Shown: positions 1-9,160 of the stretch, piece after piece | Layout: each line of letters begins with the position of its first letter | How positions within the stretch are numbered: the stretch's first letter is position 1 | Assembly (NCBI GenBank): GCA_040006935.1 | Contig: JBDTVZ010000001.1 | Coordinates: 423,772-487,771 of the forward strand | DNA length: 64,000 nucleotides | Direction of reading: 5' to 3' | Source: Candidatus Dojkabacteria bacterium | GTDB taxonomy: Bacteria > Patescibacteriota > Dojkabacteria > J137 | The notes under the pieces: generated by a model | What the model saw: only the letters and a program-made list of their open reading frames with translations | What the model was told of the DNA's origin: nothing | Databases searched by the model: none | Made by a program: the position numbers and the translations under genes

Positions 1-9
1 GCAGTCCTA

Positions 10-600
10 TTAGAAGAACTTATTCGGCAAACCTCCAAACATTTCATTTAAGAAATCATGCCTTGCTTGGAATGCTTTTTTAACTTCAGGTAAAACAATT
101 TTTCTGTCCCAGTCTTTTGCTAATTTAGCTCTGTTTCTTTGCATTAATTCTTCTACACTCAGATTTGAATTCTCATACCAGTGTAATGGGAAGAATGGTC
201 CAACCATATGCGAAGCAGCATCTGCAGAAGATACTATTTTCACTTCAATCGGAGCTGTAGAAAGGTCGTTAGACATTTTACTTTCGAAGATTTCAATATA
301 ATTCATTAATTTATCAATGAATGTTTTATCAAATCCAATTTCTTCCAAAACACTTGCTCCTTTCGCGATTGTATCTGGGTTATGTTCGTTATCGAAATCT
401 ATTACTTTTGCATAATCGTGCATCCAAACTAAGCCTAAAACTATATCTCTGTCTGCATCTTTATAGATATCACAAAGTTCTAAAGAGATTTGCTCAACAA
501 TATTTAAATGCCATTCGATAAACCATTTGTTATGAATAAATTTAGGATCGGAAGATAATTTAATTAATAAATTCTTTAAGCTTGTAAACTTCTCGTCCAT
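10..600 (-). CDS. HD-domain phosphohydrolase family protein
   Basis: 196 aa ORF; H..HD motif (VWMHDYAKV) and downstream Asp residues typical of HD-superfamily metal-dependent phosphohydrolases. Confidence 0.5.
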   Translation of the reverse strand: MDEKFTSLKNLLIKLSSDPKFIHNKWFIEWHLNIVEQISLELCDIYKDADRDIVLGLVWMHDYAKVIDFDNEHNPDTIAKGASVLEEIGFDKTFIDKLMNYIEIFESKMSNDLSTAPIEVKIVSSADAASHMVGPFFPLHWYENSNLSVEELMQRNRAKLAKDWDRKIVLPEVKKAFQARHDFLNEMFGGLPNKFF

Positions 601-674
601 AGGATTAATTTAAAATTTATGCCAAATTATAATTTATTGAGAAGGAAATTAATAGATTTTTTATGACTTTACCA

Positions 675-714
675 CCTGTAATCTTGGTGTGGATGCTCCA
701 GTTTGGAAATGTTG
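675..714 (+). promoter_or_regulatory. Conserved ~40-nt upstream element, copy A (cctgtaatcttgg-N-tgctccag-N-aaatgttg)
   Basis: Near-identical blocks shared with 1817..1856. Both lie 40-90 nt upstream of plus-strand genes (804 and 1896). Confidence 0.4.
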
Positions 715-803
715 CACAATTATTTAGGATTTCAAGGTATTATCAACTATACAATTCCCTTAAAGAATAGATATAATAAATGAATAACTATTAAACAATT
801 ATT

Positions 804-1784
804 ATGAATGAAGGTCTTTTCAAACAATTAAACAAAGGGCATCTATTAAGAGATAAATCACATAAACCTACAAATGAAATAATAGATCGACTAAAAAATA
901 AGATTGATGCTTTAAAAGGTGATGCAGAACTTGAGGACATAGGCGCTGATGGACAACCAGTAGATTTAAATACTATTAATATTACAGACCCGAACGATAT
1001 CGCTGAGATCGATCACAATATTGAGGAATTAAGATATATTATGGAAGAGTTGCAGCGTTTTATTGAGAGTGGATCAAGAGAGAAGTTACTGAAATATTTT
1101 ACTGAAGATCAATTAGAAAATCCTGATTTCTTTAAAGAAGCCTTAGATCAAATAAATCAATTTTTAAGATTTAGCAATGAAGTAAGAGAATCTTTGCAAA
1201 ATAATGCCACCATGAGCTTGGGACGCGTATATTCTACTGTTCTAAACTTTCAATCCACCTTAGGCACGTTAACTAAAGATTCTCACGGAGATGAGTCTTT
1301 AATTAATGAAATTATTACAGGCAAAGACTACCTTAAAAATAGGAATGAGGTTAATGCTTTAACCGAAATAAAGAAAATTACTGAAGACATATCAAATTTT
1401 TCTGACAAGATATATGAAAAATTATTTTTAGGTATCAATCGTGAAAGCACAATAGTTGGTGAGGATACATATAATACTCTATTACCTTATATTCCTGGCT
1501 TAAAAGAAAGGGTTCAATTTATTTTAAACCTGACCTCGGAAGATTTAACTTTCTTAAATATTTCAGATAAAGAAAAAGAAGAAAGTTTAAATTCTATAAA
1601 AAGAGAAGCTGAGGTTGCTCTCGAATATATTGAAATAATAGAAAATCCTGAAAATAAACAAGATTTAATTTCTCAGAATAAGCATGCATCAACAATAAGA
1701 GGCCTTATGGTAATCACAAGTTCAAATGGATTAAAAGCTGGATTAGCCAATAGACTATATGCTTTAATTCTACGCGAAGAATAG
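804..1784 (+). CDS. hypothetical acidic protein (predicted coiled-coil rich, no TM)
   Basis: 326 aa ORF with ATG start and TATAAT-like box upstream; no recognisable family motif. Confidence 0.5.
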   Translation: MNEGLFKQLNKGHLLRDKSHKPTNEIIDRLKNKIDALKGDAELEDIGADGQPVDLNTINITDPNDIAEIDHNIEELRYIMEELQRFIESGSREKLLKYFTEDQLENPDFFKEALDQINQFLRFSNEVRESLQNNATMSLGRVYSTVLNFQSTLGTLTKDSHGDESLINEIITGKDYLKNRNEVNALTEIKKITEDISNFSDKIYEKLFLGINRESTIVGEDTYNTLLPYIPGLKERVQFILNLTSEDLTFLNISDKEKEESLNSIKREAEVALEYIEIIENPENKQDLISQNKHASTIRGLMVITSSNGLKAGLANRLYALILREE

Positions 1785-1816
1785 TATAAGCGGATCGCCG
1801 TGTATCTTTGGGTCCC

Positions 1817-1856
1817 CCTGTAATCTTGGCGCTATTGCTCCAGCTTGAAAATGTTG
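1817..1856 (+). promoter_or_regulatory. Conserved ~40-nt upstream element, copy B
   Basis: cctgtaatcttggcgctattgctccagcttgaaaatgttg; ~75 percent identical to copy A at 675..714. Confidence 0.4.
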
Positions 1857-1895
1857 TGCTAAGCTCCCAATAATATTAACAATTCGCTATAGTTA

Positions 1896-2087
1896 ATGTA
1901 TAATAAACATACTATGACAAAACAAAAAACTACTAGAAAAAAGAATCAAGAAAAACAAGCTCTTAAAACAGCTTTATTAAAAAATACTCCTAAACTTTCT
2001 AAAAAATCTCAAAAGGAAGTCAAATCTGCATTCAAAAAAGCTATCGTTCATTATGGAGAAGCACTTCGAAAACTCGGACAAACATAA
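1896..2087 (+). CDS. small lysine-rich basic protein, candidate antitoxin/partner of Doc-family toxin
   Basis: 63 aa ORF, 15 nt upstream of the Doc-like gene on the same strand; composition unlike canonical Phd. Confidence 0.4.
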   Translation: MYNKHTMTKQKTTRKKNQEKQALKTALLKNTPKLSKKSQKEVKSAFKKAIVHYGEALRKLGQT

Positions 2088-2102
2088 TTAATCTTTAGAT
2101 AA

Positions 2103-2531
2103 ATGACAAAAAAAGTTTCACTAGATGAGGTCAAGAACCTTGCTTATGAATTTGCAATAAAGTATTTAGACTGGGATGAACCAATTCCAGAATTTGAAAC
2201 CAGATTTCCCGGAATCTTGGAAAGTTGTTTAGAGCAGCCATTTCAAAACGTATATGGGGAAGTGCTTTATAGGGGTGTTACTAAAAAAGCTTCTATGTTG
2301 TTCTACTTAATGATTAAAAATCACCCATTTAAAAATGGAAATAAACGTCTTGCGGTCTTGACAACTTTGCTTTTTCTCCATAAAAATAGCAGATGGCTAT
2401 ACGTTTCTAACCAGAGACTTTACGAACTTGCAGTTGAAGTTTCAAAAAGTGAAATGAAAGATAAAGAAAATGTAATAAATGCATTGAACGTCTTACTGGC
2501 TGAAAATATCAAAAATAAATTACCGGAATAA
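2103..2531 (+). CDS. doc: Doc (death-on-curing) / Fic-family toxin
   Basis: 142 aa; motif HPFKNGNKRLAV matches the Doc-type Fic motif HxFx(D/N)(A/G)NKR. Confidence 0.7.
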   Translation: MTKKVSLDEVKNLAYEFAIKYLDWDEPIPEFETRFPGILESCLEQPFQNVYGEVLYRGVTKKASMLFYLMIKNHPFKNGNKRLAVLTTLLFLHKNSRWLYVSNQRLYELAVEVSKSEMKDKENVINALNVLLAENIKNKLPE

Positions 2532-2545
2532 TTTATAGTTAATCT

Positions 2546-2575
2546 CTGAGTTAGTATTCAGACTTTTGCTATAAT
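2546..2575 (+). promoter_or_regulatory. candidate extended -10 promoter (TGcTATAAT) upstream of small ORF/recG
   Basis: ttttgctataat at 2565..2575, ~8 nt upstream of ATG 2583. Confidence 0.3.
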
Positions 2576-2582
2576 TTCTCAT

Positions 2583-2708
2583 ATGACCAAACTCAAATTC
2601 CCAAAAATCACACTTCGAGGCTTATTCTTAGCACTGTTAGGTTTCCTAACTCTCGCTGGAATCGTCCTTACACCGCTATTAATGGTGGTTCAATATATTA
2701 AATTATGA
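2583..2708 (+). CDS. small hydrophobic membrane peptide (41 aa), translationally coupled to recG
   Basis: ATG..TGA ORF MTKLKFPKITLRGLFLALLGFLTLAGIVLTPLLMVVQYIKL; its stop overlaps the recG ATG (ATGA); not in ORF track (<60 aa). Confidence 0.35.
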   Translation: MTKLKFPKITLRGLFLALLGFLTLAGIVLTPLLMVVQYIKL

Positions 2709-4708
2709 ACTACAAACTTAGCGATAAAATTACCGTGCTTCCTCAAATCAGCACTCGTTATGCTACCAGCTTGGAGCGGCTTGGAATTGTTACTGTAAAA
2801 GATTTAATTACATATTTCCCCTATAAATATTTAGATACAAATCAAAAAAAATCCATTCAGGATTTACTTTTACATCCAGACGAGGAAGGAAAATATTTAG
2901 TTCAAGTTCGAATTAAAAATTTTAAAAACCAATATATTCGAGGAGGGAGAAGTATTCAAAATGGTTTAATTTACGATGAAAGTGGAGAAATGAAAGTATC
3001 ATGGTTTAATCAACCGTTCATGGTTAGAGTTTTAGCAAAAGATTCTGAATTCTTGTTTTATGGAAAGATAAAAGTGAAAGGAAAACACACAATTTTTTAC
3101 CCAACAATTTACGAAGAAGTACAAGAAGGAAAAGATTCTGTGCATTTAAGTAGATTAACTCCCGAATACAGATTAACAACTGGAATCTCAAAAAAATGGT
3201 TACGAAGTAGAATAAAGTTTTTAATGGACTATATTGATATTATTGACATCACAGATGAATTTTTAAAAGAAGGTTTATCAAAACATTCAAATAAGGATTT
3301 AATTAAAGATGTTCATTTTCCAGAAACAGCAAAAGATTTAGATAATGCAGTAAAAGATTTATCTTTACGTGAATTTACAAATTTACAATTAAAATTAGAA
3401 GCAAAACGAAAACAAGCCAAGAAGCAAAATGCACCAGCTGTAAAAAAAGGAGTCGATTTAAGGAACCTTGCAGATAAATTTATAGCTGAACTTCCATTTG
3501 TATTAACTCCAGACCAGAAAACAATCATTGATAATTTAATTGAAGAAATTGGGAAGAAGCCAATTAACGCACTTGTACAAGGAGATGTGGGTAGTGGAAA
3601 AACTATTATCGCAATAATTTTAAGTTATTTAATTTCGAAAATTGGTTACCAAAGTATTGTTCTTGCGCCTACAACAATTCTTGCAAAACAACATTTAGAA
3701 ACATTTAATAAATTTTTAAAAGGCAAAGCAAAAGTTCTACTTGTAGTCGGAACAACAAAAGAAACAGAAGACGCAGACATTCTGATTGGAACAACAGCAG
3801 TTTTAGCTAGAAAAGAAGGATTAGTAAAAAAACCTGGATTAGTAGTGGTGGACGAACAACATAAATTTGGAGTTAAACAAAGAGAAGAGCTTTTAGGAGA
3901 ATATCGAAGTTTGTTTAAAGAGAAATACTATCCCCACTTTATAAACATGACCGCAACTCCAATTCCCAGAACAATTGTACAATCACTATTTGGAGATTTG
4001 GAAGTTTACTCACTAAATTCGAAACCAAAAGGAAGATTACCAATTCGAAGCTTTTTAGTTCCAGACGAAAAGAAAGCAAGTGGATACGAATGGATAAAAA
4101 ACGAAGTAGCAAAAGGAGGGCAAGTATTTTGGGTTTGTCCATTAGTAGAGGAATCCGATAACTTACAACTTAAAGCAGCAAAAACAACATTTGAAGAATT
4201 GAAAGAATATTTTAAAGATTCTGAAGTGGAGCTAATCCATGGAAAACTTAAAGAAGATAAAAAGACAGAAGTTATGCAAAAGTTTAATGCAAATAAAATT
4301 CAAATTTTAGTAACAACATCTGTTATTGAAGTTGGAATTGACGTTCCAAATGCAAATATTATAGTAGTAGAATCCGCAGAAAGATTCGGACTTGCGCAAC
4401 TTCACCAGATGAGAGGTAGAGTAGGAAGAGGAGAAAAGCAAAGTTGGTGCTTTTTATTCACTTCCCCAGAAGTATCGGATTTAGCAACAGATAGATTAAA
4501 TTTCTTTTGTGGAAGTAATGATGGATTAAAAATCGCAGAATACGATTTATCTTTAAGAGGACCAGGAGAAGTTTACGGAACAAAACAATCTGGAATTCCA
4601 AATTTAAAAATCGCAAGTTTTAAAGATATGAATATTATTAAAGAGAGTAAAAAGACAGCGGAGGTTTTGTATAAGAAAGGGTATAGAGTAGTAGAGTTGT
4701 TTTCTTAA
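2705..4708 (+). CDS. recG: ATP-dependent DNA helicase RecG
   Basis: 667 aa; wedge domain N-terminus, Walker A GDVGSGKT, DEQH box, helicase C motifs (QLHQMRGRVGRG). Confidence 0.9.
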   Translation: MNYKLSDKITVLPQISTRYATSLERLGIVTVKDLITYFPYKYLDTNQKKSIQDLLLHPDEEGKYLVQVRIKNFKNQYIRGGRSIQNGLIYDESGEMKVSWFNQPFMVRVLAKDSEFLFYGKIKVKGKHTIFYPTIYEEVQEGKDSVHLSRLTPEYRLTTGISKKWLRSRIKFLMDYIDIIDITDEFLKEGLSKHSNKDLIKDVHFPETAKDLDNAVKDLSLREFTNLQLKLEAKRKQAKKQNAPAVKKGVDLRNLADKFIAELPFVLTPDQKTIIDNLIEEIGKKPINALVQGDVGSGKTIIAIILSYLISKIGYQSIVLAPTTILAKQHLETFNKFLKGKAKVLLVVGTTKETEDADILIGTTAVLARKEGLVKKPGLVVVDEQHKFGVKQREELLGEYRSLFKEKYYPHFINMTATPIPRTIVQSLFGDLEVYSLNSKPKGRLPIRSFLVPDEKKASGYEWIKNEVAKGGQVFWVCPLVEESDNLQLKAAKTTFEELKEYFKDSEVELIHGKLKEDKKTEVMQKFNANKIQILVTTSVIEVGIDVPNANIIVVESAERFGLAQLHQMRGRVGRGEKQSWCFLFTSPEVSDLATDRLNFFCGSNDGLKIAEYDLSLRGPGEVYGTKQSGIPNLKIASFKDMNIIKESKKTAEVLYKKGYRVVELFS

Positions 4709-4720
4709 ATTCCTTTTTGT

Positions 4721-4879
4721 GTCATCTCGAGCGAAGTCGAGAGATCTTAAACCACCGTGGTAAAGATTTCTCGACTCGGCTAAAGCCTCCCTCGAAATGA
4801 CACAATTCCCTCTCCTTTTAAGGAGAGGGTTAGGGTGAGGTCATACCGCCGCAAAACCAGGCATTAGTTAGGGAGGTCC
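4721..4879. repeat. GC-rich composite repeat (short TIR element gtcatctcgag...ctcgaaatgac + hairpin ccctctcctttTaaggagaggg + accgcc..ggaggtcc module)
   Basis: GC-rich island in AT-rich intergenic region; the hairpin and the ttagggtgaggtcataccgcc block are repeated almost exactly at 40083..40158. Confidence 0.6.
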
Positions 4880-4895
4880 ATGATATAATCCCTTC

Positions 4896-5339
4896 ATGCA
4901 CAAACACATAATCGTCATTCTCGACAACATTAGATCCACCTTCAATGTTGGATCAATTTTACGAACCTCAGACGGAGCAGGAGTAACAAAACTATACCTT
5001 TGCGGAATAACACCTACCCCAGACCATCCTAAGATCAAAAAAACAGCATTAGGCGCAGAAGATTATGTTAAATGGGAACATCATAAAAATATTTTAGAAG
5101 TAATAAATAAATTAAGAAAAGAAGGGTATACAATAGTTTGTGTAGAACAGAGCGAGAAAGCAGTAGATTACAAAGAGTATGAGTATCCTAAAAAAGTTGC
5201 CTTTGTTTTTGGTAACGAGATTTCTGGAGTTTCAGAATATATAATGGAAGATTCGGATGCTATTATCGACATAGAAATGCATGGAAAGAAGAATTCATTA
5301 AATGTAGCGACGACAGTAGGAATAATCTTATATAAATAA
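4896..5339 (+). CDS. SpoU/TrmH-family RNA 2'-O-methyltransferase (TrmL-like)
   Basis: 147 aa, SPOUT fold-like sequence (FNVGSILRTSDGAGV...LNVATTVGIILY). Confidence 0.65.
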   Translation: MHKHIIVILDNIRSTFNVGSILRTSDGAGVTKLYLCGITPTPDHPKIKKTALGAEDYVKWEHHKNILEVINKLRKEGYTIVCVEQSEKAVDYKEYEYPKKVAFVFGNEISGVSEYIMEDSDAIIDIEMHGKKNSLNVATTVGIILYK

Positions 5340-5452
5340 AACTCTAAGCACTAAATCCTAAACAAGGCTCAAAATTCAAATGTTTAAATATTTGTAATTT
5401 GAGAATTAGAATTTGTTTAGAGTTTAGTACTTAGAGTTTAGAAATTTAAAAT

Positions 5453-6007
5453 ATGAAACAACAACCTCGAATCACAACAGGCACATTAAAAGGACGAAAA
5501 CTTAAAGTCCCAGAAAATGCACGCCCATTTACTGAGAGAGTAAAAATTACAATGTTTGATCTGATAAGTGAATTTATTAAAGATGCAAGAGTATTAGATT
5601 TATTTGCCGGCTCTGGAAACTTAGGAATCGAAGCCTTGAGTAGAGGAGCAAGTTACGTGCAATTTGTGGATAACGACGAAAAAGCGACTAAAATTATTCG
5701 AGAGAACCTTAAATCCAACGATCTGATGCTTTCATCCAGAGTAACAGCTCTTGATGTTTTTAGATTCTTGACTATAAATAAGGAAAAATTCGATATAATT
5801 TTCCTAGATCCACCTTTTACAATGGACTTTAAACTAAGGCTGGATGAATTAGTAAATTCATTATCAGTTGACGGAATCGCAGTTTTAAAACTTGAAGAAG
5901 GTAATGATAAATATAAGATTGAAGGATTAGAAGAAGTTTATACAAAGAAAGTTGGGACAAATGTACTGCACTTCTTTAAATTAAAAAATGAAGAAATTAA
6001 AGAATGA
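5453..6007 (+). CDS. rsmD: 16S rRNA (guanine-N2)-methyltransferase RsmD-like
   Basis: 184 aa; LDLFAGSGNLGIEALSRGA SAM motif and DPPF motif. Confidence 0.75.
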   Translation: MKQQPRITTGTLKGRKLKVPENARPFTERVKITMFDLISEFIKDARVLDLFAGSGNLGIEALSRGASYVQFVDNDEKATKIIRENLKSNDLMLSSRVTALDVFRFLTINKEKFDIIFLDPPFTMDFKLRLDELVNSLSVDGIAVLKLEEGNDKYKIEGLEEVYTKKVGTNVLHFFKLKNEEIKE

Positions 6008-6123
6008 AGGAATCGAATTAATAAATTAACCGCCAATCTCTTTATTCAGTTCATTTTTTCATTCCTTCATTTCTTCATTTATGTTAGAATACGTCAGTAT
6101 TTTAAGATTTTAAGTTTAATAAA

Positions 6124-6342
6124 ATGGCAGCAACACCAAAACACAGAAGATCAGCAAGCAAGGCAGGATCAACAAGAGCATCACAAAGATACGATGTTAC
6201 TCTAACTAAGTTCAAAAAAATGAAGAAAAAAGGTGGTAAAGGATTTGTTGTATCTAAAGAAACAGGTATGGCAGGACTTTCTCACAGAGTTTCTAAAGAA
6301 AATCCAACTTACAAAGGAGTAAAAGTTATCAATGAAAAATAA
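6124..6342 (+). CDS. rpmF: 50S ribosomal protein L32 (cysteine-less form), candidate
   Basis: 72 aa basic protein; N-terminal PKxRxSxSK...R pattern and HRVS motif similar to bL32. Confidence 0.5.
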   Translation: MAATPKHRRSASKAGSTRASQRYDVTLTKFKKMKKKGGKGFVVSKETGMAGLSHRVSKENPTYKGVKVINEK

Positions 6343-6802
6343 CTCAAAGCATCTAGATAAACACCTTTCCAGAGTTTTAGCTGTACAGTTTTTATACAGT
6401 AAGTTAATCACTGAGAGGGAAAATCTAGAAACAATAGCTTTTGAGCCAAACTCTCTTTTAGAAGAGATGGAGGTAAAAAAATACGATAATAATCTGTATT
6501 TAAGCATTGTAGAAGGAGCTATAGAATACCAGAAAGAGATTGATAGTATAGTGACAAAACTAGCCCCAGAATGGCCTCTAGCCGATATAAATCCAATTAG
6601 TTTGATAATTCTCCGAGTAGCAATCACTGAAGCTTTTATTAACCAAACAACACCTGCACCAATCGTTATAGACGAAGCTATTGAACTTAAAAAGGATATC
6701 AATCCTGACGAGACTTCTAGCTCATTTATTAATGGTGTACTTGGTGCTATTCTAAAAGATGAGAAGATTTTTAAACAATTATCAGAACTAAAAAAAGAAT
6801 AA
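6332..6802 (+). CDS. nusB: transcription antitermination factor NusB
   Basis: 156 aa; N-terminal RVLAVQFLYS NusB signature; immediately upstream of rnc. Confidence 0.75.
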   Translation: MKNNSKHLDKHLSRVLAVQFLYSKLITERENLETIAFEPNSLLEEMEVKKYDNNLYLSIVEGAIEYQKEIDSIVTKLAPEWPLADINPISLIILRVAITEAFINQTTPAPIVIDEAIELKKDINPDETSSSFINGVLGAILKDEKIFKQLSELKKE

Positions 6803-6806
6803 AGAA

Positions 6807-7520
6807 ATGGAGAAACTGGGAAAGCTGCATAAAATATTAGGATTCGAAGTGGATTTAGAGTTATTAAAAGTAGCTCTAACACACAGATCTTTTATAAATG
6901 AAGTAAAGAATAGAGCTTTAGAGCATAACGAGAGGCTTGAATTTTTAGGAGATGCTGTATTGGAACTTGTTGTAACTGAATTTCTCTTTAATAGTTTCAA
7001 AGACCTAAATGAAGGAGTTTTAACAAGCTTTAGAGCTGCATTAGTAAAGACAGAAAGCTTAGCCGAAGAAGCGAAAAGACTTGGGATTGGTGAATTCATT
7101 TTCATGAGTAAGGGAGAAGAGCAAAGTGGTGGAAGAGCAAGGCAATATATTCTCGCAAACACAATGGAAGCAATTGTTGGTTCAATACATTTATCACTTG
7201 GCTATAAAAGTGCAGAAGAATTTATTTTAAAGAATATCTGCTATAAATTAGCCTCGATAATTGAAGACAGGAAAGATATTGATGCTAAATCTAAATTGCA
7301 AGAACTAGCACAGGAAGCAACAAAATTTACTCCAAGATACGAACTTTTGACTTCAGTAGGTCCGGATCATAACAAGACTTTCGAAATGGAAGTATTTATC
7401 GATGTTCACAATTTTGGAAAAGGAAGCGGTAAGAGTAAACAAGAAGCTGAGCAAAATGCAGCACAAGATGCTATTAATAATTGGGATAAGTTAATAAAGA
7501 AGTATTTTAAGAAAAATTGA
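6807..7520 (+). CDS. rnc: ribonuclease III
   Basis: 237 aa; RNase III signature ERLEFLGDAVLELVV plus C-terminal dsRBD. Confidence 0.9.
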   Translation: MEKLGKLHKILGFEVDLELLKVALTHRSFINEVKNRALEHNERLEFLGDAVLELVVTEFLFNSFKDLNEGVLTSFRAALVKTESLAEEAKRLGIGEFIFMSKGEEQSGGRARQYILANTMEAIVGSIHLSLGYKSAEEFILKNICYKLASIIEDRKDIDAKSKLQELAQEATKFTPRYELLTSVGPDHNKTFEMEVFIDVHNFGKGSGKSKQEAEQNAAQDAINNWDKLIKKYFKKN

Positions 7521-7646
7521 TAGTAAAAACCTAATCAGGTATGTTAAAATTGCTAGGTAATAAACAATCCCACCTCTAGGAAAGTTTTCTGTAATACGAA
7601 CTCAGAAGCGGATAACAGAAGTTTAATTTAATATTAATATAAAAAA

Positions 7647-8003
7647 ATGGTTAAGATAAGATTAACAAGAACAGGAAGAAAAAATGAGCCATCCTATAGA
7701 GTGGTAATAACTCCTGCTAGAGAAAAAAGAGAAACTAGATTTATTGAGCTTATTGGTAATTATTCACCAAAAACAAAGCTATTTAATGTAAAAGAAGACA
7801 GAGTAAAATACTGGCTAAGTGTAGGTGCACAGCCAACAGAAACCGTAAAATTCCTACTTTCAAAGAAAGGACTTTATGAATATAAGCCAGCTAGAAAATT
7901 TCAAAGAAAACCAGGAAAGAAAACAGTAGAGAGAAGAGAGAAGAAAGCTAAAAAAGCAGCAGAACCCAAAGAAGAAAAGTCAGAAGAACCGAAGGCTGAA
8001 TAA
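7647..8003 (+). CDS. rpsP: 30S ribosomal protein S16 with Lys-rich C-terminal extension
   Basis: MVKIRLTRTGRKNEPSYRVV N-terminus is classic bS16; the C-terminal third is K/E-rich. Confidence 0.9.
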   Translation: MVKIRLTRTGRKNEPSYRVVITPAREKRETRFIELIGNYSPKTKLFNVKEDRVKYWLSVGAQPTETVKFLLSKKGLYEYKPARKFQRKPGKKTVERREKKAKKAAEPKEEKSEEPKAE

Positions 8004-8026
8004 GTCATAAATAAGGATTAAATTAG

Positions 8027-8052
8027 AAAGACCCGGAAGCGGGTCTTTTTTT
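8027..8052 (+). terminator. rho-independent terminator of rpsP
   Basis: aagacccggaagcgggtctt hairpin followed by a T7 run. Confidence 0.8.
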
Positions 8053-8062
8053 ATTCCCATGT

Positions 8063-8372
8063 TGGACCGCCCAAGATCTTAGTCTTGCTTTCGGGGCGGT
8101 AGAAATCCTCCGTCCAGCTAAAGCTGGCCACCTCCTTTAAAAAGGAGGACTTGAATTCTCCCTTTGTGAATGGAGTGGCACGACCTGCCTACGTGGTGCA
8201 GTCAGGCAGGAGTGCCGAGGGATTTTACCGTTGGACACTGCAATTTAACACCCCTTCGTCTCGCCCATGCTCGACTCTTCCCCTCTTATAATAAGAGGGG
8301 AAGAGCGAATCCGTTAAGGATGAAGGGGTGTTAATACCGCACAGAAACCACTTCTTAGTTCTTGTGCGGTCC
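8063..8372. repeat. GC-rich composite repeat cluster (accgcc..ggcggt hairpin; cctccgtccagctaaagctggccacctcctttaaaaaggagga module; cctgcct..aggcagg hairpin; cttcccctctt..aagaggggaag hairpin; accgcacag..cttgtgcggtcc hairpin)
   Basis: The 8088..8160 segment recurs near-identically at 49165..49235, and the hairpin families recur at 41413..41450, 49137..49178 and 4852..4879. Confidence 0.6.
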
Positions 8373-8386
8373 TTATTTAGCTTTGC

Positions 8387-9160
8387 CTATTGCTGTGTTT
8401 GGTTGGTAGTTTGAGCTTTTTGTTGTCGAAGTTCGATGTATGCTTTCATATCATCACTAATTTTTGCAGTTGCAGGAGCATTTAAATACAAATCCTTTAA
8501 ATCTTTTGCCTCTAAGAACTGATACTTAACTAAATCAATTTTCAAAGACCAATCTCCATTTGTTTGAGCTGATGGATCCTGTGTTAATGTGTCCGAATCT
8601 CTAACTGTAATTTCCATTTCTTTTACAATTACAAAATCATCAATTGTATTTAATGATGCAATGAAGCTTTTAATATTCTCAAATGGTCCAACAATTTCGA
8701 AAATAAAAGGAAGTTCCACTAGGTTTACATTTCCTGTTAAATTTTGTGTTGAGGAATCTGGATCTATCGTAGATTCGGAAAGTCTTTGTGAAATGATATT
8801 CAAACCATTTTGTGAAATTAAGTTCGAAATTTTATCTCTAAAACTTACGACTTGAGTATTCTGAGAAGTCGCAATATTATTCACAGTGTCCAAATTGCTT
8901 AAAATCGTATTTGAATCAGAATCTAAAGCTTTTACTTCTGATAGCTTTTGACTAAGTTGAGTAACGTTATCGTTGTTAGTAGAAATCTCATCTAGAACTG
9001 CAAATAGTTGATTTATTTTAGGTATAACAAACACTCCGATTATAGTTACAAAAACTATAATAGTAAAAATGGGGAGAATATAAAGCTTTAGAAATTTGGT
9101 TTGCTTCTTTCTTTTTAAATCCTTTTCCTTTTTTTGTTGGTCTAAGTCCTGAATTATCAT
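8387..9160 (-). CDS. pilO: type IV pilus assembly protein PilO-like (single N-terminal TM)
   Basis: 257 aa; N-terminal TM segment, position after pilM/pilN in a T4P operon. Confidence 0.45.
   Translation of the reverse strand: MIIQDLDQQKKEKDLKRKKQTKFLKLYILPIFTIIVFVTIIGVFVIPKINQLFAVLDEISTNNDNVTQLSQKLSEVKALDSDSNTILSNLDTVNNIATSQNTQVVSFRDKISNLISQNGLNIISQRLSESTIDPDSSTQNLTGNVNLVELPFIFEIVGPFENIKSFIASLNTIDDFVIVKEMEITVRDSDTLTQDPSAQTNGDWSLKIDLVKYQFLEAKDLKDLYLNAPATAKISDDMKAYIELRQQKAQTTNQTQQ

Noticed and set aside
1817-1856. Sigma-54 (-24/-12) promoter interpretation of the conserved upstream element (tggcgctattgct)
   Set aside because: The GG to GC spacing is 9 rather than the required 10, and copy A lacks the GG/GC pair in the right register. 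This is more likely an operator or an unrelated motif.
6202-6882. 226-aa ORF on minus strand overlapping rpmF/nusB/rnc
   Set aside because: It is antisense to three well-supported genes. Its low-complexity translation is typical of shadow ORFs in AT-rich DNA.
8063-8372. Possible CRISPR array or retron-like structure in the GC-rich islands
   Set aside because: The repeats are not regularly spaced direct repeats with unique spacers. They are inverted-repeat hairpin modules scattered singly across intergenic regions, and there are no cas or RT genes nearby.
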